Part shown: one piece after another, positions 13,996-21,612 of the stretch
Position numbering within the stretch: position 1 is the first letter of the stretch
How the letters are laid out: each line of letters opens with the position of its first letter
DNA from: an uncultured Lachnospiraceae bacterium
GTDB taxonomy: Bacteria; Bacillota; Clostridia; Oscillospirales; CAG-272
Length of the DNA stretch: 34,124 nucleotides
Assembly: GCA_964411355.1 (NCBI GenBank)
Contig: CAYPKQ010000002.1
Span: forward strand, 1-34,124
Reading direction: 5' to 3'
Notes under the pieces: model-generated
What the model saw: the letters and a program-made list of their open reading frames with translations, nothing else
Told to the model about the DNA's origin: nothing
Databases searched by the model: none
Program-made: the position numbers and the translations under genes

Positions 13996-15473
13996 GCTTT
14001 TTCTCCCATTGCATAGCCGTTGTATTCATTAAGGAATGCTTCGGCATTTTTTATCATTCTGACAGCTATTCTGTTATCCTTAAATGAGAATATCATGCAG
14101 ACATTACCGAAATATTTATCAATAACCTGAACCTTGAGGCGAAGCTTTTTGTCCTCTGTCCAGATTCCCGATGTTGCGCAGTCGTATTTGTTTCCGGGGC
14201 AGGGAACTGTTCCTATCATGTCGGAATAGTTCTCTTCGGGGAATTTTGCAAATTCATTATATCCCATGCCAAAGGGAAGCTTTTTTTCGCCTTGAGCATT
14301 TTTATAGTGCAAAACCGCCTTGCCGTTTTCCGCAAAGTCAAAGCGCATCCAATCGATCCCCATGGGATTTTTCTGCATATTGTATGTAACTCCGTTTATC
14401 TCTGCGGCAAAATCGTTCACTGTTCTGCCCGTGAGAGACATAAGCTTTCGTGAAGAGATATATTCTTCAAGCTCGGAGAGTGCTTCGGGGTTTTCGGGGA
14501 GAGGTTTATCCGATACCGAGCGCACAAAATCGAAGCAGAATTTGTGGAAAATTATAGGACGGGATACGGTACTGCCCTGATTATCCGAATTTATAATCAT
14601 TATTATATCGGTTTTGGGATCATATATGGCAAATTGGTCACCCATTCCGTTGAACATAAAGCCGCCATTGTGGCATCCCCAGATCTGGAAGCCGTAGCCG
14701 CAGTGATTATAGGCAACGGCACCGTAAGCATCATTATCAACAAGGGGAGAGACAGCCTCCTCCATAAATTCACGGCTTATATACTGAACTCCGTCCCATT
14801 CTCCTTTGTTTGCAACGAAGCGGGCAAAGGTCAGAAGATCTCTTGGAGTGCAGAGGATAGCCGAATCGCTCCATGAATATCCACCGGGGCATTTGAGACA
14901 GTAGGATTCCTCGCTGAACCCGATCTTTGTGAGGAATTTTTCCTTCATGTATTCAAGGAAGGACTTGCCCGTAACCTTTTCAACGATAGTGCCCAGCATA
15001 AATGAGCCTTGGCTGTCGTATTCGTAGAGTGTTCCGGGAATTTTTCCGTCATTCTGCTTGAAATGAGCCTCCTCGCGTTTTTCAAGTCCAGCAGTGAACC
15101 AATAACATTCATCTGTTCTTGTTGTGGACATGGTCAGCATATCCCGAAGTGTTGTTTCTTTGAGATTGTCATTCCAATTTTCGTTTTCAAATTCCGGGAA
15201 GTATTTAATGAGCTTATCGTCAATGGAAAGAAGCCCATCATCCTGCGCAAGTCCAACGGAAACTGCCATAAAGCTCTTTGTTACCGAATAGAGCCTATGG
15301 AGAAAATCACGGTGGAAGGGCGTGTAATATACCTCGGTGAATACTTCTCTGCCTTTAGCCAGAATAATATCGTGTGTTGAAAGCTGATATTCGTCATATG
15401 TTTTTATGAGGTCAAGCACAGCCTTTGACGAAACTCCGACGCTTTCGGGAGTGCATTTTGAAAATCCAAACAT
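13992..15473 (-). CDS. Beta-lactamase-fold serine hydrolase (class C beta-lactamase/PBP-like family), cytoplasmic
   Basis: 493 aa. The SxxK motif is LYSVTKSF, and the fold shows typical downstream conservation. There is no signal peptide. Its stop overlaps the GH92 start by 4 nt (ATGA). Confidence 0.75.
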   Translation of the reverse strand: MFGFSKCTPESVGVSSKAVLDLIKTYDEYQLSTHDIILAKGREVFTEVYYTPFHRDFLHRLYSVTKSFMAVSVGLAQDDGLLSIDDKLIKYFPEFENENWNDNLKETTLRDMLTMSTTRTDECYWFTAGLEKREEAHFKQNDGKIPGTLYEYDSQGSFMLGTIVEKVTGKSFLEYMKEKFLTKIGFSEESYCLKCPGGYSWSDSAILCTPRDLLTFARFVANKGEWDGVQYISREFMEEAVSPLVDNDAYGAVAYNHCGYGFQIWGCHNGGFMFNGMGDQFAIYDPKTDIIMIINSDNQGSTVSRPIIFHKFCFDFVRSVSDKPLPENPEALSELEEYISSRKLMSLTGRTVNDFAAEINGVTYNMQKNPMGIDWMRFDFAENGKAVLHYKNAQGEKKLPFGMGYNEFAKFPEENYSDMIGTVPCPGNKYDCATSGIWTEDKKLRLKVQVIDKYFGNVCMIFSFKDNRIAVRMIKNAEAFLNEYNGYAMGEKA

Positions 15474-15493
15474 TTTTATACTTTAATCCTTTC

Positions 15494-15886
15494 TCAAAAT
15501 ATCTCTTTTGCAAGCTTTTCGGCACTTTCGCTGTTGCCAATAAAGGTAACAGTGCTTTTCCCCTCGCTCTTTATTGCCTTCAGAGCTTCTGCCGTTTCTT
15601 CGTCGCTCTTCGAGGCATATTCGCCCTCCAGCATGAGCTTGGCTTCGTCTCCATCTGCAAAGAGGATGCCCTCTTCCTGCAGGGAATAAAGCCTCTCATA
15701 TGTATCGGAAACGTCCTCGCTGTCGTATTTTGCAAGCTCGTAGCGGAGAGAGGTGGGGCATACGGGAGAAAGAGGTGCGGTGAGTGCGCCCATCATTTTA
15801 TTGGCAAGTGCGGTAATAGAAATAAATGCCCCGCTTGCGCTGTCAAATGCAATTTTCTTGCCGGAAACCTTAAATAAATGTACCAA
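15494..15886 (-). CDS. Small protein resembling only the N-terminal peptide-recognition (RRE/PqqD-like) domain of SPASM radical-SAM peptide maturases; no radical-SAM core
   Basis: 130 aa. The segment MVHLFKVSGKKIAFDSASGAFISITALANKMM ... ELAKYDSEDVSDTYERLYSLQEEGILFADGD follows the pattern I recall for N-termini of SCIFF-type/anaerobic-sulfatase-type maturases. There is no CxxxCxxC motif anywhere, and the ORF ends 20 nt before the hydrolase gene. Confidence 0.5.
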   Translation of the reverse strand: MVHLFKVSGKKIAFDSASGAFISITALANKMMGALTAPLSPVCPTSLRYELAKYDSEDVSDTYERLYSLQEEGILFADGDEAKLMLEGEYASKSDEETAEALKAIKSEGKSTVTFIGNSESAEKLAKEIF

Positions 15887-15889
15887 TTT

Positions 15890-16381
15890 TCACAGTCCTT
15901 TCATTTGTTTGATTCTTTGTCTTTTACGCCGAAATTTTTCGGCTCTTTTTTTCATATTTGATTTTTTCCGTTTGGAAATGATTATCGGGAAAAGTACGCC
16001 AAGTGCAGAGAAGGCGAGACAAAAGAGCATATAGAGTCCCGAGCCTTCGATGCCATGTCTTCCCATCATCGGCAGCTTGACAGCCGAGAAGAGAAGGAAG
16101 GCTGCCGCGGTATAAATGAGCCCCGCAATGAGTCTCATGGAAGCCCCTTTTTTTGATGCCGCAATTCCACCCGCAAAAATGCTCATATAAAGAGAAGCAA
16201 TGCCAAGGGGAAATGTCAAGGAAGATGGGTCTGAACCGGAATAAGCAATTGCCGAGAAGCAGAGCATTGTCAGAATTGCTGTTAAAGCCATTGTCAGGAT
16301 ACCCCACAAAACCGAGTGAAAAAGCACCGAAAAACCGAAAGCTTCTTTTGCGCCTCTTCCGTCTTTTGTCCTTTTTTTCAT
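15890..16381 (-). CDS. Integral membrane protein (YrzE/TIGR04086-like) with a Lys/Arg-rich C-terminal tail
   Basis: 163 aa with four predicted hydrophobic helices. The tail is SKRKKSNMKKRAEKFRRKRQRIKQMKGL. The RBS is GGAGG-N7-ATG. Its position directly downstream of yajC matches B. subtilis yrzE; the family assignment is tentative. Confidence 0.6.
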   Translation of the reverse strand: MKKRTKDGRGAKEAFGFSVLFHSVLWGILTMALTAILTMLCFSAIAYSGSDPSSLTFPLGIASLYMSIFAGGIAASKKGASMRLIAGLIYTAAAFLLFSAVKLPMMGRHGIEGSGLYMLFCLAFSALGVLFPIIISKRKKSNMKKRAEKFRRKRQRIKQMKGL

Positions 16382-16437
16382 AAAAACGCCTCCGAAATAT
16401 AATTTTACTAAATTATAATGCTTCGGAGGCGTTTTTT
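16382..16437 (-). terminator. Long hairpin with a U-tract after yajC whose 3' arm contains the RBS of the next gene
   Basis: AAAAACGCCTCCGAA (16382-16396) pairs with TTCGGAGGCGTTTTT (16422-16436). On the minus strand, stem plus TTTTT runs directly into the ATG at 16381. The GGAGG of the downstream gene (16389-16393) lies inside the stem. Confidence 0.65.
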
Positions 16438-16445
16438 ATGACATA

Positions 16446-16784
16446 TTATTTCTGTGCGTCTTCTGCCTTAACGTCAACATTTCTTACTGCGCTCTTTAAA
16501 ATGCGGATTTTTGTTCTGTCGTGACCTGTTTCGATCATGCAGGTCTCTTCCTTAATGCTGATGATCTTTCCGATGATACCTCCGATGGTGGTGATCTCAT
16601 CGCCAACCTGAAGAGCATTGCGCATAGCCTGAGTTTCCTTCTCCTGCTTTTTCTGGGGACGGATCATAAAGAAATAGAGGATGGCAAGCATTGCCACTAT
16701 CATTATGATGGACATCCATGAACCCATGGAATTCCCGGCATTTTCGCCGTCTACTGCGGCAGCGTCAAGTAATCTTGTAAGCAT
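16446..16784 (-). CDS. yajC: Preprotein translocase subunit YajC
   Basis: I moved the start to the ATG at 16784 (GGAGG-N7-ATG). The YajC signature is ILYFFMIRPQKKQEKE...LQVGDEITTIGGIIGKI. Confidence 0.9.
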   Translation of the reverse strand: MLTRLLDAAAVDGENAGNSMGSWMSIIMIVAMLAILYFFMIRPQKKQEKETQAMRNALQVGDEITTIGGIIGKIISIKEETCMIETGHDRTKIRILKSAVRNVDVKAEDAQK

Positions 16785-16901
16785 TTTTGTACCTCCAAAT
16801 TGATATTGCATCTATTTTATCATATTTTTTCTATATTTGCAACAGTTTTTGCAAATTATTCAAAAATAAAATGTTTGCAAATTATTTAAAAATGAAAACT
16901 A

Positions 16902-16930
16902 TTGAAATATATTGAATTTTATGGTACAAT
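16902..16930 (+). promoter_or_regulatory. Sigma-A promoter with extended -10 for rimM-trmD
   Basis: TTGAAA (16902-16907), a 17-nt spacer ending in TGg, then TACAAT (16925-16930). Confidence 0.6.
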
Positions 16931-16962
16931 ATAATAAATAGACTTTTTTGGAGCGGAAAAAT

Positions 16963-17475
16963 ATGGCAAGATCACTTTATCTCGAATGCGGAAAGATAAT
17001 AAATACACACGGTGTTAAGGGGGCGGTAAAGGTTGAAAACCGATGCGACACCCCAAAGGTGTTGTCCTCACTAAAGAGGATATATTTTGAGAAGAACGGT
17101 GTGTACAGTGAAAGAAAGGTGCTTCACGCTTCGGTTTTCAAGGAGTTTGTTATAATGGAGCTTGAAGGCGTGAGTGATTTTGATGCCGCTCTGCTTCTTA
17201 AAAATACCCTTATCTATGCTGCCCGTGAGGATATTCCTCTTGCAGAGGGTGCATATTTTCTGGCAGACCTTGAAGGGCTACCTGCTGTGGATTTTGAGAG
17301 CGGAAAGCTTTACGGCACGCTTCGTGAGGTCATAAACTGCGGAGCTTCGGATATTTACGTTATAGACACTCCCGATGGAGAGAGGATGATGCCGGCGGTG
17401 GCAGAATTTGTTAAGAAGATAGATATAGAAAAAGCCGTTTATGTCAGCCCCATTCCCGGTATGCTGGAGGATTGA
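16963..17475 (+). CDS. rimM: 16S rRNA processing protein RimM
   Basis: I moved the start to the ATG at 16963 (GGAG RBS). It has the GKIINTHGVKGAVKV motif and a PRC-barrel C-terminus. Confidence 0.88.
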   Translation: MARSLYLECGKIINTHGVKGAVKVENRCDTPKVLSSLKRIYFEKNGVYSERKVLHASVFKEFVIMELEGVSDFDAALLLKNTLIYAAREDIPLAEGAYFLADLEGLPAVDFESGKLYGTLREVINCGASDIYVIDTPDGERMMPAVAEFVKKIDIEKAVYVSPIPGMLED

Positions 17476-17481
17476 TCCACA

Positions 17482-18180
17482 ATGAGATTTGATATAATGA
17501 CGCTTTTTCCCGAGCTTGTTACAACCGTTCTTGGGGAGAGCATAATAGGGAGAGCACAGAAAAGCGGTGCAATTGAAGTAAAGGCTCACAATATAAGGGA
17601 CTATTCCGAGGACAAGCACAGAAGAGTTGACGACACTCCATACGGGGGCGGAATGGGAATGCTCATGGCGGCGCCACCTATTTATAATTGCTACGAGGCA
17701 ATCATGAATGAGGTGGGGGAGTGTGATAATAAAAGAGTTATCTTCATGTCGCCAAAGGGAAAGATCTTTGATCAAAAAAAGGCTGAGGAGCTTTCAAAAT
17801 ATGATGAGCTTATCCTCCTCTGCGGTCATTACGAGGGCGTTGATCAGCGAATTATTGACGAGATAGTGGATGAGGAGATTTCCATTGGAAATTATGTTCT
17901 CACAGGAGGCGAGATACCCGCCTGCATCCTTGTGGATGCGGTATCAAGGCTTGTCTCGGGAGTGCTTTCGGCGGACGAATGCTTTGAGGGCGAGAGCATT
18001 GCCTGCGGAATGCTTGAATATCCCCAATATACGAGACCTTATGAATTTCACGGAGTAAAAGTGCCCGATGTTCTTATATCGGGACATCATGAAAACATTG
18101 AAAAATGGCGCTATGAGAGGGCACTTGAAATGACCCGTAAAATGCGCCCCGATCTTCTAAGGGAGGAGGAAAAGGATTGA
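17482..18180 (+). CDS. trmD: tRNA (guanine37-N1)-methyltransferase TrmD
   Basis: 232 aa with MRFDIMTLFPE, DDTPYGGGMGM, LLCGHYEGVDQR and ISIGNYVLTGGE. Confidence 0.95.
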   Translation: MRFDIMTLFPELVTTVLGESIIGRAQKSGAIEVKAHNIRDYSEDKHRRVDDTPYGGGMGMLMAAPPIYNCYEAIMNEVGECDNKRVIFMSPKGKIFDQKKAEELSKYDELILLCGHYEGVDQRIIDEIVDEEISIGNYVLTGGEIPACILVDAVSRLVSGVLSADECFEGESIACGMLEYPQYTRPYEFHGVKVPDVLISGHHENIEKWRYERALEMTRKMRPDLLREEEKD

Positions 18181-20105
18181 AATTAAAAAATAGCAAAGCC
18201 GCAGCTTTTTTTGAAAACAGTGCCATAATGCGTTTTTCAAAAAAATGTTATGATGCAATGCTTTCGGGATTTTTCGGCTCGATGATAACAAGCTATTCGT
18301 CACTTGAAGGGCACTTTGAGAACGGATTTTTTGGCGGTGCTTCGGATGGCTCTTCCTGGGAAAAAAGCGTTTTTTCGAGAATGAGAAGAAGGATAATCGT
18401 CTCCTATGAAAAAAGCGGCTTTATCGGAGCTATGCAAAAGGCGAAGGATTGGCTTCTTGCCGCTCCTATGCGTTTTTACGGATTTTTCTTTGCATATTTC
18501 GGAATATGCGTTCTTCTGGGAAATCTGATAAAGAGATTTGCCTTTACCGGGTATGATACGAGCTTCCTCGGCTGGATAGTAGGTGCGCTTTTTGCCTTTG
18601 CGGCATTCCCTATGCTGTTTTCGAGCAAAAATCTTGCCGGAGCTATTGGTGATAGCCTTATTTTTTCAACGATAGTATTTGACCTTCTCGGTTTTTCCTC
18701 TGTGGCTCTTAAAAGATACTATGAGATGCGGGATAGCTCAAAGCGATATTTTATATCGGCACTTTTAGGTGCTGTTCTCGGTTGTCTTTCGTTCTTTATT
18801 TCACCGGCTCTGCTTGCGATAGGTGCGTTAGGCGTGGTTTGGTGCATTCTTGTCTATTGCAATCCGGAGATCGGAGTTCTAACGGCGGTTTTTGTTGCAC
18901 CTTTTCTTACCTTTATCGGCTCACCCTCGATAATTCTTGCCCTTCTTGTTCTTTTTACCTTCATTTGTATGTGCATAAAGGCATTTTTCGGCAAAATTAT
19001 AATAAAGCTTGAGCTGTCGGATGCCTTTGTGGGGATCTTTATGCTGATAATGCTTGCCGGCGGCATCATTTCTATCGGCGGCACGGCTTCCTTTAAGGAG
19101 TCAGCTATATATGTCTGCTTTATGCTTATGTATTTTATGATAGTAAACCTCATAAACACGAGAGAATGGCTGGGGAGAATTTCGGTAGCACTCGTTTCTT
19201 CCGGAACTCTCACTGCTCTTTACGGGATCTATCAGAAGCTAAGCGGAAATATGGAAATGGGAACGATGGATAAGGATGTTTTCGGAGATATAGGAGGAAG
19301 AGTTACCTCCACCTTTGAAAATTCCAATATGCTTGGCGTTTTTATCATTATGGTATTTCCCTTTGCCCTTTCATATGTTTTCAGTTCAAAAAAGCTTTAT
19401 ATGAAGCTGGCTTCTCTTGTGAGCTGCGGAATTTTGGGTGTTTGCCTTATTTACACCTGGTCGAGAGGTGCTTGGCTTGGACTTATACTTGCTTGCTTTG
19501 TTTTTGTTCTGCTTTATGGTCATTATATAATTCCTATTCTCGTTCCCGCAGGTGCGCTGGGGGTAACCCTTTTTTGGAATAAAATAGGCGGAAACGGTCT
19601 TTTCGGAAATCTTATATCCAGATTTTCAAGCATCGTTACAATGTCCGATACCTCATCTGTTTACCGACTCGGAATTTGGCGAGGCTCGCTGAAGGTTGCA
19701 GAGGAAAATTGGTTTACGGGTATAGGAGTAGGACCTGAAGCCTTCAGAAAGGTCTATATAAAATTTGCCGAATCGGGAATAGAGACAGCGGTCCACAGTC
19801 ACAATCTGTTCCTTCAGATATTCATAGAAAACGGTGCTGTGGGATTTGCTGTATTCATTATCGCTCTTGCTCTTTGCGTTGGAAGCGGTCTTGAGCTTGT
19901 GAGAAGAAGCAATTCCGCATCTGCCCCGGAAAAAGCCATAACGGTTGCGGCGATAAGCGGACTTTTTGCGGCACTTTTGCAGGGAATGACAGATTTTATA
20001 TGGTTTAATTACAGAATATTTTTCTTCTTTTGGGTGGTGGCGGCGCTTATATCTGTATCTGCCCGCATCGGAATGAAGAAGATAAAGCTTAAAAGCGATT
20101 TTTAA
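18177..20105 (+). CDS. Polytopic membrane protein with an O-antigen ligase/polymerase (Wzy_C-like) domain
   Basis: 642 aa with more than 10 hydrophobic segments. It has a YTWSRGAWLGL motif and HSHNLFLQIFIENG, typical of O-antigen-ligase-like proteins. The TTG start is preceded by GGAGGAGG and overlaps the trmD stop. An internal ATG start cannot be excluded. Confidence 0.7.
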   Translation: MKLKNSKAAAFFENSAIMRFSKKCYDAMLSGFFGSMITSYSSLEGHFENGFFGGASDGSSWEKSVFSRMRRRIIVSYEKSGFIGAMQKAKDWLLAAPMRFYGFFFAYFGICVLLGNLIKRFAFTGYDTSFLGWIVGALFAFAAFPMLFSSKNLAGAIGDSLIFSTIVFDLLGFSSVALKRYYEMRDSSKRYFISALLGAVLGCLSFFISPALLAIGALGVVWCILVYCNPEIGVLTAVFVAPFLTFIGSPSIILALLVLFTFICMCIKAFFGKIIIKLELSDAFVGIFMLIMLAGGIISIGGTASFKESAIYVCFMLMYFMIVNLINTREWLGRISVALVSSGTLTALYGIYQKLSGNMEMGTMDKDVFGDIGGRVTSTFENSNMLGVFIIMVFPFALSYVFSSKKLYMKLASLVSCGILGVCLIYTWSRGAWLGLILACFVFVLLYGHYIIPILVPAGALGVTLFWNKIGGNGLFGNLISRFSSIVTMSDTSSVYRLGIWRGSLKVAEENWFTGIGVGPEAFRKVYIKFAESGIETAVHSHNLFLQIFIENGAVGFAVFIIALALCVGSGLELVRRSNSASAPEKAITVAAISGLFAALLQGMTDFIWFNYRIFFFFWVVAALISVSARIGMKKIKLKSDF

Positions 20106-20120
20106 AGGGGGACACAACAA

Positions 20121-20618
20121 ATGTCAGTGAATTTCAAACTGAAAAAGAGACGCTGGAACGGCATGGATCTTTTCTTTGTTTTGATAGCTGCGGCGGTTAT
20201 AGCTGCGGCGGTATTTGTGCTTGGAAACATGGATAAAGGCAATAAGGAGCAAAGTGCAGAAATTATAAATATTGAATATACCGTTGAGTTCAGACAGGTA
20301 AATAACCAAGCACTGGGCAAGATAAAAGAGGGAGACACTGTCAGAGATCCCGATAATAAAAGGAATATCGGAACTGTTGTTTCGGTTCAGAGTGCTCCTT
20401 TCTCAAAGATCGCTTATAACAGCACGGACGGAAGCGTATATATGGCGGAAAACCCCGACCTTTCCGATCTTCTTATAACTATCAGAGCCGAGGCAACTCA
20501 TTCGGATATGGGGTATTATGTAAATGACGCAAGATTCCTTGTGGGCAAGCCCACAAATATCTGGTCTCAGGGCTTTGCAGGCTCAGGATATTGCATAAGC
20601 ATAAGAGAAATTGACTAA
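20121..20618 (+). CDS. Small membrane-anchored protein (possibly DUF4330-like), paralog 1
   Basis: 165 aa with RBS AAAGGGGGA. The N-terminus is basic, followed by one TM helix (MDLFFVLIAAAVIAAAVFVL) and a soluble domain. Confidence 0.6.
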   Translation: MSVNFKLKKRRWNGMDLFFVLIAAAVIAAAVFVLGNMDKGNKEQSAEIINIEYTVEFRQVNNQALGKIKEGDTVRDPDNKRNIGTVVSVQSAPFSKIAYNSTDGSVYMAENPDLSDLLITIRAEATHSDMGYYVNDARFLVGKPTNIWSQGFAGSGYCISIREID

Positions 20619-20630
20619 GGAGTGAGTAAA

Positions 20631-21113
20631 ATGGAGAATAATAAAAAACGCTTCGGTGCGCTGGATCTGGTGATCCTTATAGTTTTACTTCTTTGTGCCG
20701 CTGTTTTCACCTTGCGGTTCGGATATAAAGAGCAGATAAGCGGTGAGAAGCTTACTTCAAAATATGCCATATCCTTCTGCATAACGGACGTCAGATATAC
20801 TACCGCAGATGCCTTTGTTAAGGGAGATAGGGTTTATGTTGCAACAGATGATACCTATATCGGTGTTTTTGACAGACTTGATTCAAATAACCCTGCGGCG
20901 TATTTTGTTGAAAACAGCAATACAAAGGTGTATTATCCCGAGGGAACGAGAGTTGATCTTACGGGCACTATAATTTCCGAGGGTATTATGAATGATGACG
21001 GATATTTTGCGGGGGGCAGCTATTTCCTTGCTCCCGGTAAAAAGATCACCATTTATACAGGTCATGTTTTTATAGATATTGTGCTTACAGATATCTATGA
21101 ATATATTGAATGA
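20631..21113 (+). CDS. Small membrane-anchored protein (possibly DUF4330-like), paralog 2
   Basis: I moved the start to the ATG at 20631 (AAGGAG-N9-ATG). It has the same architecture: KKRFGALDLVILIVLLLCAAVF followed by a soluble domain. Confidence 0.6.
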   Translation: MENNKKRFGALDLVILIVLLLCAAVFTLRFGYKEQISGEKLTSKYAISFCITDVRYTTADAFVKGDRVYVATDDTYIGVFDRLDSNNPAAYFVENSNTKVYYPEGTRVDLTGTIISEGIMNDDGYFAGGSYFLAPGKKITIYTGHVFIDIVLTDIYEYIE

Positions 21114-21200
21114 TCTGCATTTTTTACAAAAATGTAACTTTTGTATGATAAAACTTCGTTTTTTGCGAAAATGTTTATCGAAAATGCCCGAAAATTTTTG

Positions 21201-21229
21201 TTGATTTTATGAGAAAAATTTGATATACT
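21201..21229 (+). promoter_or_regulatory. Sigma-A promoter with extended -10 upstream of ptsH
   Basis: TTGATT (21201-21206), a 17-nt spacer ending in TGa, then TATACT (21224-21229). Confidence 0.55.
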
Positions 21230-21281
21230 ATTATTAGGAAAGATATATTTGTAAAATCAATGCGTTTGGAGAGTAGAATAT

Positions 21282-21545
21282 ATGGTAACTCGTGAAGTTA
21301 AAATCATCAATAGCGTTGGCCTTCATGCAAGACCCGCTACATTTTTCATTCAGAAAGCTCAAAGCTATAAGTCTTCAATATGGGTAGAAAAGGAAGACCG
21401 CAGAATAAATGCAAAGAGCCTTCTCGGTATTCTTGCTCTTGGAATATCCAAGGGAATGTCAATAAATCTCATAGCTGACGGTCCCGATGAGGCCGAGGCA
21501 CTTGACGGACTTGCCGAGCTTATCAATACCGGCTTTGCCGAATAA
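21282..21545 (+). CDS. ptsH: Phosphocarrier protein HPr
   Basis: 87 aa. It has the His15 context GLHARPA and the Ser46 context NAKSLLGIL. Confidence 0.92.
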   Translation: MVTREVKIINSVGLHARPATFFIQKAQSYKSSIWVEKEDRRINAKSLLGILALGISKGMSINLIADGPDEAEALDGLAELINTGFAE

Positions 21546-21559
21546 GTTTTATGCACGGT

Positions 21560-21590
21560 GGTGGTGATGCTTCTGCATGACCACCTTTTT
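21560..21590 (+). terminator. Rho-independent terminator after ptsH
   Basis: GGTGGTGATGC-ttct-GCATGACCACC (one mismatch) followed by TTTTT (21586-21590). Confidence 0.7.
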
Positions 21591-21612
21591 GTTTACAGAA
21601 GGGGGGATTTTT

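Noticed and set aside
15494-15886. Annotating the 130-aa ORF as a functional radical-SAM/SPASM enzyme.
   Set aside because: It has no CxxxCxxC or any other Cys cluster and only one Cys overall. The ORF is far too short and runs into the next gene.
16963-18180. rimM-trmD without the usual rpsP/KH-protein upstream and rplS downstream, considered as a sign of rearrangement.
   Set aside because: The gene order of this cluster varies among Firmicutes. Both genes look intact and have their own promoter. Without genome context this is not evidence of anything unusual.
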